Of a stretch of DNA of 64,000 nt, positions 38,056 to 46,547 are shown piece by piece. Location: NCBI GenBank assembly GCA_013152945.1, contig JAADFL010000193.1, positions 1,991 through 65,990 of the forward strand, written 5' to 3'. The position numbers were made by a program, and so were the translations under genes. The first letter of the stretch is position 1. Every line of letters starts with the position of its first letter. The notes beneath the pieces were generated by a model. That model was given only the letters and a program-made list of their open reading frames with translations. It ran no database searches and was not told the DNA's origin. This DNA is from Deltaproteobacteria bacterium. GTDB taxonomy: Bacteria; Myxococcota_A; JAADFL01.

Positions 38056-41000
38056 ATGGATCACGAAAAGGCTATAGCTAACTACTGGAACATACTTGAA
38101 GCGGAACCGGCGAATCGTGAGGCGTTCGCTTCCCTTGAGAAGCTGTTGTTCAAACTGGGGCGATGGGAACAACTCATCTCCCTGTATGAAAAAACAGCCG
38201 GGGCCGTAGGCGGCCCAAAGGGCGCCCCCTTGATCCTGAAGGCCGGAATGATTTGGAACGCCAAGCTCAAGAGGCGGGAAAAGGCGGTCGAATGTTATAA
38301 GAAGACGCTGGAATTGGATCCGGACAATCTCTCGGCAATGGCTCACCTGAAGGAACATTATGCCGCTACAAAGCAGTGGAATGAATACGTAGGACTGCTG
38401 CGCGAGGAAGCCAAACAGGCGGAAAGCCCTGAAGAAAAGGGGGATTTGCTGTTCAGCATAGGCACTACTTACAGAGACAAGCTGGGAGAGCCCGGCAAGG
38501 CGATGAGTGCCTTCCAGGAGGCATTCAAGACTGATCCGAAGTGCACCAAGGCCATTAAGGCGGGAATGGAGATATATAAAAATCTCGGCCGCTGGAACAT
38601 GGTGGTCAAATTGTTGAACATCCAACTTCGCGTGCTGAAAGATGACCAGGAAAAGGCGGATGTTTATATGGAGATGGCTGAAATATATGCATCAAGGATG
38701 AGCCAAACCAATGATGCGATAGAATGCTATCAAAAGGTCCTGGAGCTGGCGCCCGGAAACATGAAGGCCTTGGAGGCAATGGGAAATTTGTACGCTTCCG
38801 GAGGAGCTGCCGCAGCTTTGGAGGGGACGGAGGCAACAGAGCCGACTTCTGTAACCCAGGCGCCTGGAGCTGCGGAAACTGCAGCCCATTACATATCCCT
38901 TGCGGAAATACAGATGCAGGAGCCCCCAAACCTTGAACAGGCCAGGGAACTCTGTGAAAAAGCTCTTGCAATCGAGCCCGGCAACAAGATGGCCGTCGAA
39001 ATACTCGAAGAAACTTTCCGCAAAGAAAAACGTTGGAACGATTTGGTTTTGTTTCTTGAAAAACAGGTCGATCTCACGCCGGATACCGATCGCAAGCTCG
39101 ACTTCCTTTCAAACCTGATAATCATTGCAGCCAGGGAAATGAAACGACCCAAGAAGGCAAGGGGATATATTGAACAGGCCATGGCGCTGGGCGCCGCAAA
39201 GGAAACATTATTCAGTCCTGTGCTGGAGGTGTATGAACGTTCGGGACGATTCACAGAATACCTGGACCTACTTAGTTTAAAGGTGCAATATTCCGAGGAT
39301 GTCGCAGAGAAAGCCGGGATACTCCTGGAGATGGGTGACCTATGGCGGGAACAGCTCAAGAATGAAGAAAAGGCCAATGAATTCTATCTACAAGTATTAG
39401 AAATCAATCCGGAAAATGAGCGTGCCCAAGAACTGCATGAACAATACTTGAGAGCAAGGGGAGATTGGGATGCCCTGATCGATGTCCTGTGCAAAAAAGC
39501 AGAAACAGCCGAAAGCGATGAAGAAAAGGCTTCACATTATGCCGAGGCCGCCAAGCTATTGACAACGGCCGAGGATTACCAGTACGCACCGGAGATAGCC
39601 TTGCCGAGGGCAATTGAATTTTGGGAAAAAGTCCTGGACCTGGATCCTTCAAACAAGGAAGCGCGTGTATCCCTGACAGACCTGTACAGGACGACCGGAA
39701 ATTATGAGAAATTCCTTGCTGTTCTTGAAAACAATATCGAGCTCGCAGAAACCGATGAGGATAAGATAGCTTCTTTGCGCGAAATTGCTGAAATCTGTTT
39801 CCAGGTCGTGGGCGATCACCAAAGAGCAATAGAGACTTACTCCAAGCTACTCGATATTCAGCCACATGACCCGGAAGCACTGGATGCAATGGCTCAATAC
39901 TACCGTGAAGCAGGTGAGTTCGAGGACTTGGCCCAGGTCCTCGATAGACGCAGAGCATCAATAAATGAGCCGGCCGAACTTTTGGCCTTGAATGAAGAGT
40001 TGGCATACATCTTCGTCCAACGGCTTGGTGACACTGAAAAGGCAATCGAGGCGTACAAGGAAATTCTTAAGCTCGACCCGGAAAACCTTGGCGCCTTGGG
40101 AGCCCTGGAAAAACTGTATTCAAGCAAAAATGATTGGCGGGGACTCTTCGAAGTATTCGCCAAGCAACGCGATCTTGCACGAGAGCCCGGCAGAAGGGCG
40201 GAAATATCAGCCAGGGCGGCAAGAATAGCCACAGAACATCCCGAAGAAACCGGTGCTGACTCGGATGCCATAACAGCCCTGTGGACAGAGGTCTTGGCGG
40301 TGAGGCCGGATGACAAGGATGCGCTTGCCGCTCTTGCCGATATATACCGGGAAGCCGGTGCGTGGGAAGAGTTCGTGGCCGACTTGATAAGCCTTGCCGG
40401 CACAACGGAGAAACCAGAGGAAAGAGCGAAAATAAGGCTCGCAGCAGCTGATGCAGCAAACGAAAAATTGGGAGACCCGGTCAAGGCACGCGAGTTGTAT
40501 AGACTCGTTCTCCAGGACAATCCTGCTGAAAAGAAAGCAATCGAAACTCTCCAAAGCCTTTCAGAGGCCGATGAGGACTGGGAAGGACTGGCAGAGGTTC
40601 TCGAAATGAAGGTATCCACCTCAGAGGAGGACGATTTTATCAAGCTTAACATGGAGCTTGCCGGTCTGTATGAAAACAAGCTGAATAAAACGGATGATGC
40701 CATAGGCGCTCTCAACAGGGTCCTGGACCTGGACCCGGGAAACCAGGGCGCGGTTGTCGAGTTGTCCCGTCTTCTTCAGGACTCGGAGCGCTGGGATGAA
40801 CTCACCGAGGTCCTGGATAAGCGACTGGACATGACCTCACAGATGGATGAACGCCTGGATATTCTGCGGGAACTGGCCGGAGTCAGGGAAAGAGAACTGG
40901 CCGATTACGGCGGAGCGGCATCCGCGTACGAACAAATATTGGAGATCGACCCCTCGGATCATGAAGCGACCGAGGCATTGGAGAGAATTTACCTGGAAGG

Positions 41001-44000
41001 CGGGGAATGGGAACAACTGATAAGGCTGTTCAACCGGAAGATTGAAGCAGCGGAAGATCCGGAAGATAAGAGTACATTACTTCTGCAAATGGCCGATATA
41101 TACGAGAACAAGATGGTCCGCAAAGACCTGGCTTTCGAAACTTACGCAAGGTTGTTCGAATTAGGCGTTTCCGACAGTGACACCTTGAGCGAATTGGAAA
41201 GGTTGGCCGGCGAGTTGAACCAGTGGGATCTGGCCAGGGTCCTGGAAATCGAGGCAGATCGTACTCAAGACAAAGAGAGCCAAGTCAAGCTGCTCTTCAG
41301 AGTGGCCGGGTTGGCAGTCGATAAACTGGAAAGTCCTGACAAGGCAATAGCAACGTACAAGAAAATACTTGAAATATCCCCGGCGGACCGGGAAGCCCAT
41401 AAGGCCGTTGTCCATCTGCTGAAGAAGGGGGGAGATTACACAGAATTGGCGCAAGCCCTCGACACCGAGGCGGATGCCCTGGAAGACGATCCGAATGAAC
41501 GCGCCGAAGTGCTGTTATCTCTGGCCTCTGTCTACGAAGAAAACCTGGATGATCTGGAAAGAGCGGTTCAAACCTATCGAAGGGTAATGGATATACAGCC
41601 TGGAAACAGGGATGCCCTTTCCGCGCTGTCCAGGATATACAACCAGGAAAAACGATGGCAAGAACTGGCTGAAGTCCTGGAGCAGGAAGTCGCTGCAACA
41701 AATGACATGGAACGCAAGGTTTCTCTTCATTACCAGATTGCAGGGTTGTGGGAAAGGGAACTCAACCAGCCGGAGAAATCAGTAGACAGTTACTTGGCAA
41801 TCCTGGATATCGACTCCTCGAACCTTCCTGCCCTAAAATCCCTGGAAAAGCTATACAACTCTCTCGAACGCTGGAAGGATCTGGCCCTCGTATACGTCAG
41901 GGAGGCCAACCTGTTCGATGAAGCCGACATCAAGATAGTCATGCTGTCAAAGGCTGCCAAAATTCTCGAGCACAAGGTATCGGACAGGCAAGAGGCTATT
42001 GAAATATTGAACAATATACTCGAGATCGATCCTGACAACCTGCCGGCCATAAGGGGTTTACAGAGGCTTTACTTCGATGAAGAGGACTGGGAACGACTTA
42101 TCGAGGTTTACGAACGCGAAATCCCACTCGAAGGAGATACGTCCAGGCAGGTGGCACTGTACCAGGCTATCGGCGAAATCTTTGAAATCAAGCTCGAACG
42201 GGCGGAAAAGGCTGTTGAAAGTTATGAAAAGATACTCGAACTCGCGGGAGAGCACAGACAAGCATTACAGGCGTTAAGCCGCATTTATGCCAAGCTCGAA
42301 GAATGGGAACGATGCGTACAGACCACAACGAGAGAGGCTGCACTGGCACCTGATACAAACACAGGTGCAGAGCTCAATATCAAGGTCGCCGAGATCTTCA
42401 GAGACAAGCTCGACGCCCCGGACAGGGCTCTCGAGCACTTCCAGCGAGCATTGGAACTCAATCCAACCGCATCAAAGGCCCTGGACGGAGCAGCGAATAT
42501 CCTCAGGAAGCAGCAACGATGGCAAGAACTCTACCAGCTAAAGAAAATAGAAGAAAAAACTTTACCCAGGGGAGAGGAACATGCGGCTGTCCTGTGCGAA
42601 ATAGCCAAGCTTGGAATGGAAAAACTGGGCATGGAGGACGAGGCGATAACCTGCTACAAGGACGCATTGGAATCGGTTACCGACTATCTTCCTGCAATGC
42701 TTCCCCTGGCCGAAATCTATTTTAACAGACAAAACTGGAAGGAAACGGCACCTCTGCTCGAAAGAATCGTCGAAGCGGAAAAGGACAGAACCGAACCATC
42801 CACACTCGCATCACTCAAGTACCGCCAAGGCTGGGCACTGGACCAACTCAACGATGGAGCCGAAGCCCGCAAGTGCTACGAGGACGCTATCTCCATGGCG
42901 CCCGACCTCCTTGAAGCGAGATCCTCGTTGGTCGAATTACTCCTGCGTGAAGATGATAAAGCCGCGGCTCTCCCTCACATGGAAGCAATAGCAAATTTAA
43001 AAATGGACTCTGTGGCTCCGGAAGAGGCGGCGGGGCTTTACTACAGGGTCGGAGCAATGGCGCAGGAGCTTGGAGAATCCGACAAGGCTATAGAGGCATT
43101 TGAAAAGGCCATTGACATCGACCGATCTCACCTGCCTTCCCTTGAAGCCTTGGCACAAGCTTATGAATCATCCGAAAGATGGGAAGATGCGGTCAAGGTT
43201 TCGGATGATCTGCTTCAAATAACCAAGGAAGCTGGACTACGGTCCAGGTTGCTCACGCGGGTGGGCACGATGCTCATGGACCGTCTGTCCGATCCGGCAA
43301 GTGCAGTTGCCAAGTTGGCAGAGGCGGCGGAGCTGGCACCTGAAGACATGGAGGTCCAGACGAAACTCCTCGAGGCGTACAAGACGGCAGGTATGTGGCA
43401 AGAAGCCGTGGAATACGTGTCCAGGCTCATTGAAGCGGAAGAAGATCCCAGGAGAACGGGAATACTGGAAGTATACCTGGGAGAACTCTACCGTGATGGA
43501 CTGGGCGACCAGGACAGGGCTGTCGAAGCATATTGTGAAGCATTGCGAAAGGATCCGGGCAACCAAGGTGCTCAACAAGCCCTTTTTACCTATCACGAAC
43601 AAGATGGCTCCTGGGAAAAATTGGCGGAACGTTTCAGGTCGATAGCCGATTCAATACCAGAGGAACGCATCGAGACAAAGGCCGACCTGGTAAAAGCCCT
43701 TGGAAAGCTTTACATAGAAAAACTTCAAGACCGCAACAAGGCAATCGAGACCCTGCGGGAGGCCGCGGAACTGGACAGGGAAGACATTGAAATTCACAAG
43801 GCCCTGGTAGAACTGTTTGGAGATGATGAAAACTATAAGGCCGAAGCAATCGACAGCCACAAGGCCCTGCTGCGCGGAGATCCTTTACGGGTTGACACCT
43901 ACCATCTCCTGGCCAAGACCTACCAGGAACGCGGGCAGGCGGACAAGGCATTCTGCGTATGTGCTGTTCTCAACTTCCTTAAGGAAACCACACCCGAGGA

Positions 44001-44889
44001 AAAGAAGTTCTATGACAAGCATAAGCTAAAGGTCAAAGAAGACTTCGAATCTCCTTTGGATGAAGATTTTCGGGAACACGTGCTCACGCACCCGGACGAG
44101 ATTGAACCTTTGTCCACAATCCTAACTACCTTGTCCCAGGTGGCTTCCAAGGTTTTTCCTCCAGACCTTGCATCTTATGGGATCGGCTCCGAGGAACCTC
44201 CTGACCGGGATGTTCCTCCCCAGTTGCTGAAGAACTTCAACTACGTAAGAAAAACTCTGAGGTTACCCGATATTGGGTTATATTCGAGGGATAGGCTGGC
44301 AAGCCTGGTAGCGGTTGAAACAACAGAGCCTCCGTCGATTATCGTTGACTATGCAAAGCTCAAGGGCAGGTTCAACAAGGAACAACGTTTTATCCTTGGA
44401 AGAGCCGTGGACTCCGCCCGTCCATCGCACATACTGGCCGCCAAACTGGGGTTGAACGGGCTCAAAGACGTGGCCCGCGCAACAGTGAAGATATTGTTTC
44501 CCGAGTACGGCCTGGCAGGAGATTATGACACTGACGAGGAACGGGAAACCATCATGGCCAGAACATTGACAAGACGACTGCGCCGTTCCCTCCTTGAACC
44601 GGTCCGGGAATACGTTGTACGACAGGACGAGATAGAATGGGACCGGTACTTACAGGGTGTCATGCATTCTTCCAACAGGGCGGGTTTCATTCTTTGCGGC
44701 GACATAACCACGGCAGCCGGGGTCATCATCCGGGAATCTCCGGAACTCAAGAGAGTGTTGCTGAAGCAAAGGGAAGATTTCGAAAAGGTCTTTAGTCAAT
44801 CCCCGCAACTCAGGGAACTCGTGCTTTTCGCTGTTTCAGACGACTACTTCGAACTGAGGGAAAAGGCCGGAATAGCCATCAAGGGATAG
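38056..44889 (+). CDS. Giant TPR-repeat protein (2277 aa) with a non-TPR C-terminal domain of about 290 aa, a candidate GltI/AgmK-like gliding-motility scaffold.
   Basis: Single uninterrupted ORF. About 28 copies of a unit of about 72 residues (...AIE.Y..IL..DP.N..AL..L..LY...E.W.EL..VLE...). No signal peptide or TM, so cytoplasmic. In M. xanthus a very large TPR protein (AgmK/GltI) is encoded beside agmX/gltJ. Followed by the hairpin at 44942-44966. Confidence 0.7.
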   Translation: MDHEKAIANYWNILEAEPANREAFASLEKLLFKLGRWEQLISLYEKTAGAVGGPKGAPLILKAGMIWNAKLKRREKAVECYKKTLELDPDNLSAMAHLKEHYAATKQWNEYVGLLREEAKQAESPEEKGDLLFSIGTTYRDKLGEPGKAMSAFQEAFKTDPKCTKAIKAGMEIYKNLGRWNMVVKLLNIQLRVLKDDQEKADVYMEMAEIYASRMSQTNDAIECYQKVLELAPGNMKALEAMGNLYASGGAAAALEGTEATEPTSVTQAPGAAETAAHYISLAEIQMQEPPNLEQARELCEKALAIEPGNKMAVEILEETFRKEKRWNDLVLFLEKQVDLTPDTDRKLDFLSNLIIIAAREMKRPKKARGYIEQAMALGAAKETLFSPVLEVYERSGRFTEYLDLLSLKVQYSEDVAEKAGILLEMGDLWREQLKNEEKANEFYLQVLEINPENERAQELHEQYLRARGDWDALIDVLCKKAETAESDEEKASHYAEAAKLLTTAEDYQYAPEIALPRAIEFWEKVLDLDPSNKEARVSLTDLYRTTGNYEKFLAVLENNIELAETDEDKIASLREIAEICFQVVGDHQRAIETYSKLLDIQPHDPEALDAMAQYYREAGEFEDLAQVLDRRRASINEPAELLALNEELAYIFVQRLGDTEKAIEAYKEILKLDPENLGALGALEKLYSSKNDWRGLFEVFAKQRDLAREPGRRAEISARAARIATEHPEETGADSDAITALWTEVLAVRPDDKDALAALADIYREAGAWEEFVADLISLAGTTEKPEERAKIRLAAADAANEKLGDPVKARELYRLVLQDNPAEKKAIETLQSLSEADEDWEGLAEVLEMKVSTSEEDDFIKLNMELAGLYENKLNKTDDAIGALNRVLDLDPGNQGAVVELSRLLQDSERWDELTEVLDKRLDMTSQMDERLDILRELAGVRERELADYGGAASAYEQILEIDPSDHEATEALERIYLEGGEWEQLIRLFNRKIEAAEDPEDKSTLLLQMADIYENKMVRKDLAFETYARLFELGVSDSDTLSELERLAGELNQWDLARVLEIEADRTQDKESQVKLLFRVAGLAVDKLESPDKAIATYKKILEISPADREAHKAVVHLLKKGGDYTELAQALDTEADALEDDPNERAEVLLSLASVYEENLDDLERAVQTYRRVMDIQPGNRDALSALSRIYNQEKRWQELAEVLEQEVAATNDMERKVSLHYQIAGLWERELNQPEKSVDSYLAILDIDSSNLPALKSLEKLYNSLERWKDLALVYVREANLFDEADIKIVMLSKAAKILEHKVSDRQEAIEILNNILEIDPDNLPAIRGLQRLYFDEEDWERLIEVYEREIPLEGDTSRQVALYQAIGEIFEIKLERAEKAVESYEKILELAGEHRQALQALSRIYAKLEEWERCVQTTTREAALAPDTNTGAELNIKVAEIFRDKLDAPDRALEHFQRALELNPTASKALDGAANILRKQQRWQELYQLKKIEEKTLPRGEEHAAVLCEIAKLGMEKLGMEDEAITCYKDALESVTDYLPAMLPLAEIYFNRQNWKETAPLLERIVEAEKDRTEPSTLASLKYRQGWALDQLNDGAEARKCYEDAISMAPDLLEARSSLVELLLREDDKAAALPHMEAIANLKMDSVAPEEAAGLYYRVGAMAQELGESDKAIEAFEKAIDIDRSHLPSLEALAQAYESSERWEDAVKVSDDLLQITKEAGLRSRLLTRVGTMLMDRLSDPASAVAKLAEAAELAPEDMEVQTKLLEAYKTAGMWQEAVEYVSRLIEAEEDPRRTGILEVYLGELYRDGLGDQDRAVEAYCEALRKDPGNQGAQQALFTYHEQDGSWEKLAERFRSIADSIPEERIETKADLVKALGKLYIEKLQDRNKAIETLREAAELDREDIEIHKALVELFGDDENYKAEAIDSHKALLRGDPLRVDTYHLLAKTYQERGQADKAFCVCAVLNFLKETTPEEKKFYDKHKLKVKEDFESPLDEDFREHVLTHPDEIEPLSTILTTLSQVASKVFPPDLASYGIGSEEPPDRDVPPQLLKNFNYVRKTLRLPDIGLYSRDRLASLVAVETTEPPSIIVDYAKLKGRFNKEQRFILGRAVDSARPSHILAAKLGLNGLKDVARATVKILFPEYGLAGDYDTDEERETIMARTLTRRLRRSLLEPVREYVVRQDEIEWDRYLQGVMHSSNRAGFILCGDITTAAGVIIRESPELKRVLLKQREDFEKVFSQSPQLRELVLFAVSDDYFELREKAGIAIKG

Positions 44890-44941
44890 GCCCGCCACCC
44901 TTGGGCTGCCCGTTGATATCCATTGGCTGAATATGGCGAAA

Positions 44942-44966
44942 GGCCGGGGTGGTATCCCGGTTTTAA
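44942..44966 (+). terminator. Hairpin (ccggg / gtggtat / cccgg) followed by TTTT, between convergent genes.
   Basis: ggccggggtggtatcccggtttt, read directly, 53 nt after the giant TPR stop. Confidence 0.4.
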
Positions 44967-44967
44967 A

Positions 44968-45612
44968 CTAGTCTTCTCTTCTCTTCCTTAACAAAGTCAG
45001 CCCAATCAACAGGAGCAACCCGGCGACTGGCCCTGCCACATTTTCTCCGGGTGTCCCGCATCCGCATGTTTTCGGCTCCCCGGCAGGAGTGTTCTGATTG
45101 TCTCCGCCCTCTTGCCACCTCTTGGGATCCAATGGGTAACTATCCTCGGAATCAGGATGCCCGTCATTGTCGTCACCAGGATCCTTGACGTCATCCTGGT
45201 AATCATTGTCATGGTCGAAACTGAAATCCTCACCTCCCGGTCTCTTGTCACATCGAGCCTGTGAGCAATCGATGGGAACACAGTATCCATCGACACATTA
45301 CTTGCCGTTCGAGCACTCGCCGAAAATACAGGGTTCGGCGCAACGGCAAGCTGCACAAACAGAACCGCCGGGGCACAAGTCACTCTCGTCCACATCACCG
45401 TTACAATCGTTGTCCATGCCATCACATTGTTCGGGCTTGCCATCGTAGTAAACCGTGACATCCTGCATGGACGGGACATTTTTACCGGCGTCGTTCGAGG
45501 TCGACTCTACCTGGATCTCCAGCCATGGATTGTCCGGAACATTCAGCATGGACCCTGGTGTGACATAATGTATCCAGTGTATCTTACACGGTCTGACGCC
45601 TGGAAAGTGCAT
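44968..45612 (-). pseudogene. MYXO-CTERM-tailed Cys-rich protein with a MopE-like metal-binding motif, interrupted by an in-frame TAA (complement of 45298-45300). It lacks an N-terminal signal peptide.
   Basis: The track ORF 45298..45612 ends ...CDGMDNDCNGDVDE...CIFGECSNGK*. Manual read-through of the same frame continues CVDGYCVPIDCSQARCDK...DHDNDYQDDVKDPGDDNDGHPDSEDS...TCGCGTPGENVAGPVAGLLLLIGLTLLRKRRED*. This is a CGC tripeptide, a hydrophobic helix and a basic cluster, the TIGR03901-type MYXO-CTERM pattern. Confidence 0.6.
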
Positions 45613-45627
45613 ATTCGTTGACTTATG

Positions 45628-46291
45628 TTACTCTAAATCGCCGGCGATTGCCACCCCTGAACTAGTGCCGAGGCGACTGGCTCCCGCTTCGATCATCTTG
45701 ACGGCGTCCTCGAATGTCCTTATTCCACCCGCAGCCTTTACACCAAGTCTGTCTCCAACTACCTTTCGCATCAACCTGACGTGTTCCACCTTTGCGCCCG
45801 AAGTCGCCAAAACCCGTAGATGTCTTCACAAATGCAGCGCCTGCTTCCTTTGAACACCTGCATCCGGCTTCGATCTCCTCCAGGGTCAGGTAACAATTCT
45901 CCAATATCACCTTGACTTGAGCTTGCTGTGACGCCTTTACGACCATTTCGATATCCCTTGTCACTCTATTATAATCCCTTGACTTGAGTCCGGCGATGTC
46001 CAGTACCATATCTATTTCCATGGCTCCGGCTTTAACGGCGCTTTCTGCCTCGTAGGCCTTTACATCCGGTGTGTTCGCACCCAGGGGAAAACCCACAACC
46101 GAGGCAACGGATACGCCGCTGCCCTTGAGTAAGCCGGCGCAATGCTCAACCCATATCTGGTTCACGCAAACGGCAATAAAACCAAACTCCATCGCCTCCT
46201 TGCAAAGTTTGTCGATTTCCTCGACCGTGGCAAATGGTTTCAGGTTGGTGTGATCGATCATCCTGCAAAGCTGCTCTTTCGTTATATCCAT
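45628..46291 (-). pseudogene. deoC: Deoxyribose-phosphate aldolase carrying a +1 frameshift (extra G in GGCGAC, complement of about 45803-45808).
   Basis: Track ORF 45662..46351 gives ...IDHTNLKP...[18 protein letters not shown] (off-frame tail). Track ORF 45628..45810 gives [56 protein letters not shown], the DeoC C-terminus. Deleting one g restores [19 protein letters not shown], matching the canonical KTSTGFGTGGAT.EDV. The ATG at 46291 has a GGAGG RBS. Confidence 0.7.
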
Positions 46292-46547
46292 GGATCCTCC
46301 GTCTTTTCTTGTTGATTCAAAAAACATGTCAAAACGCACCGGGATACACACAACAGAAAGCTCTTTTATTGAACATAGTCTTAATAATAACTCGTGATGT
46401 CAATATGCATAAAATTTCTTCTTGAAACCTGTTTGGAGCAATCTGTTCCTGTCTTGAACTTTTTGGCCCACTGGTTTGACCGGGCCTGTATACTTTGATA
46501 TTAGGATCCAAATGACGAAAGTTTGATAAAAAATCGGAGCATGAGCC

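Noticed and set aside
45006-45479. 157-aa minus-strand ORF overlapping the MYXO-CTERM gene in another frame.
   Set aside because: Its frame gives a Thr/Met/Arg-rich nonsense translation, whereas the adjacent frame gives a coherent Cys-rich protein with the sorting tail.
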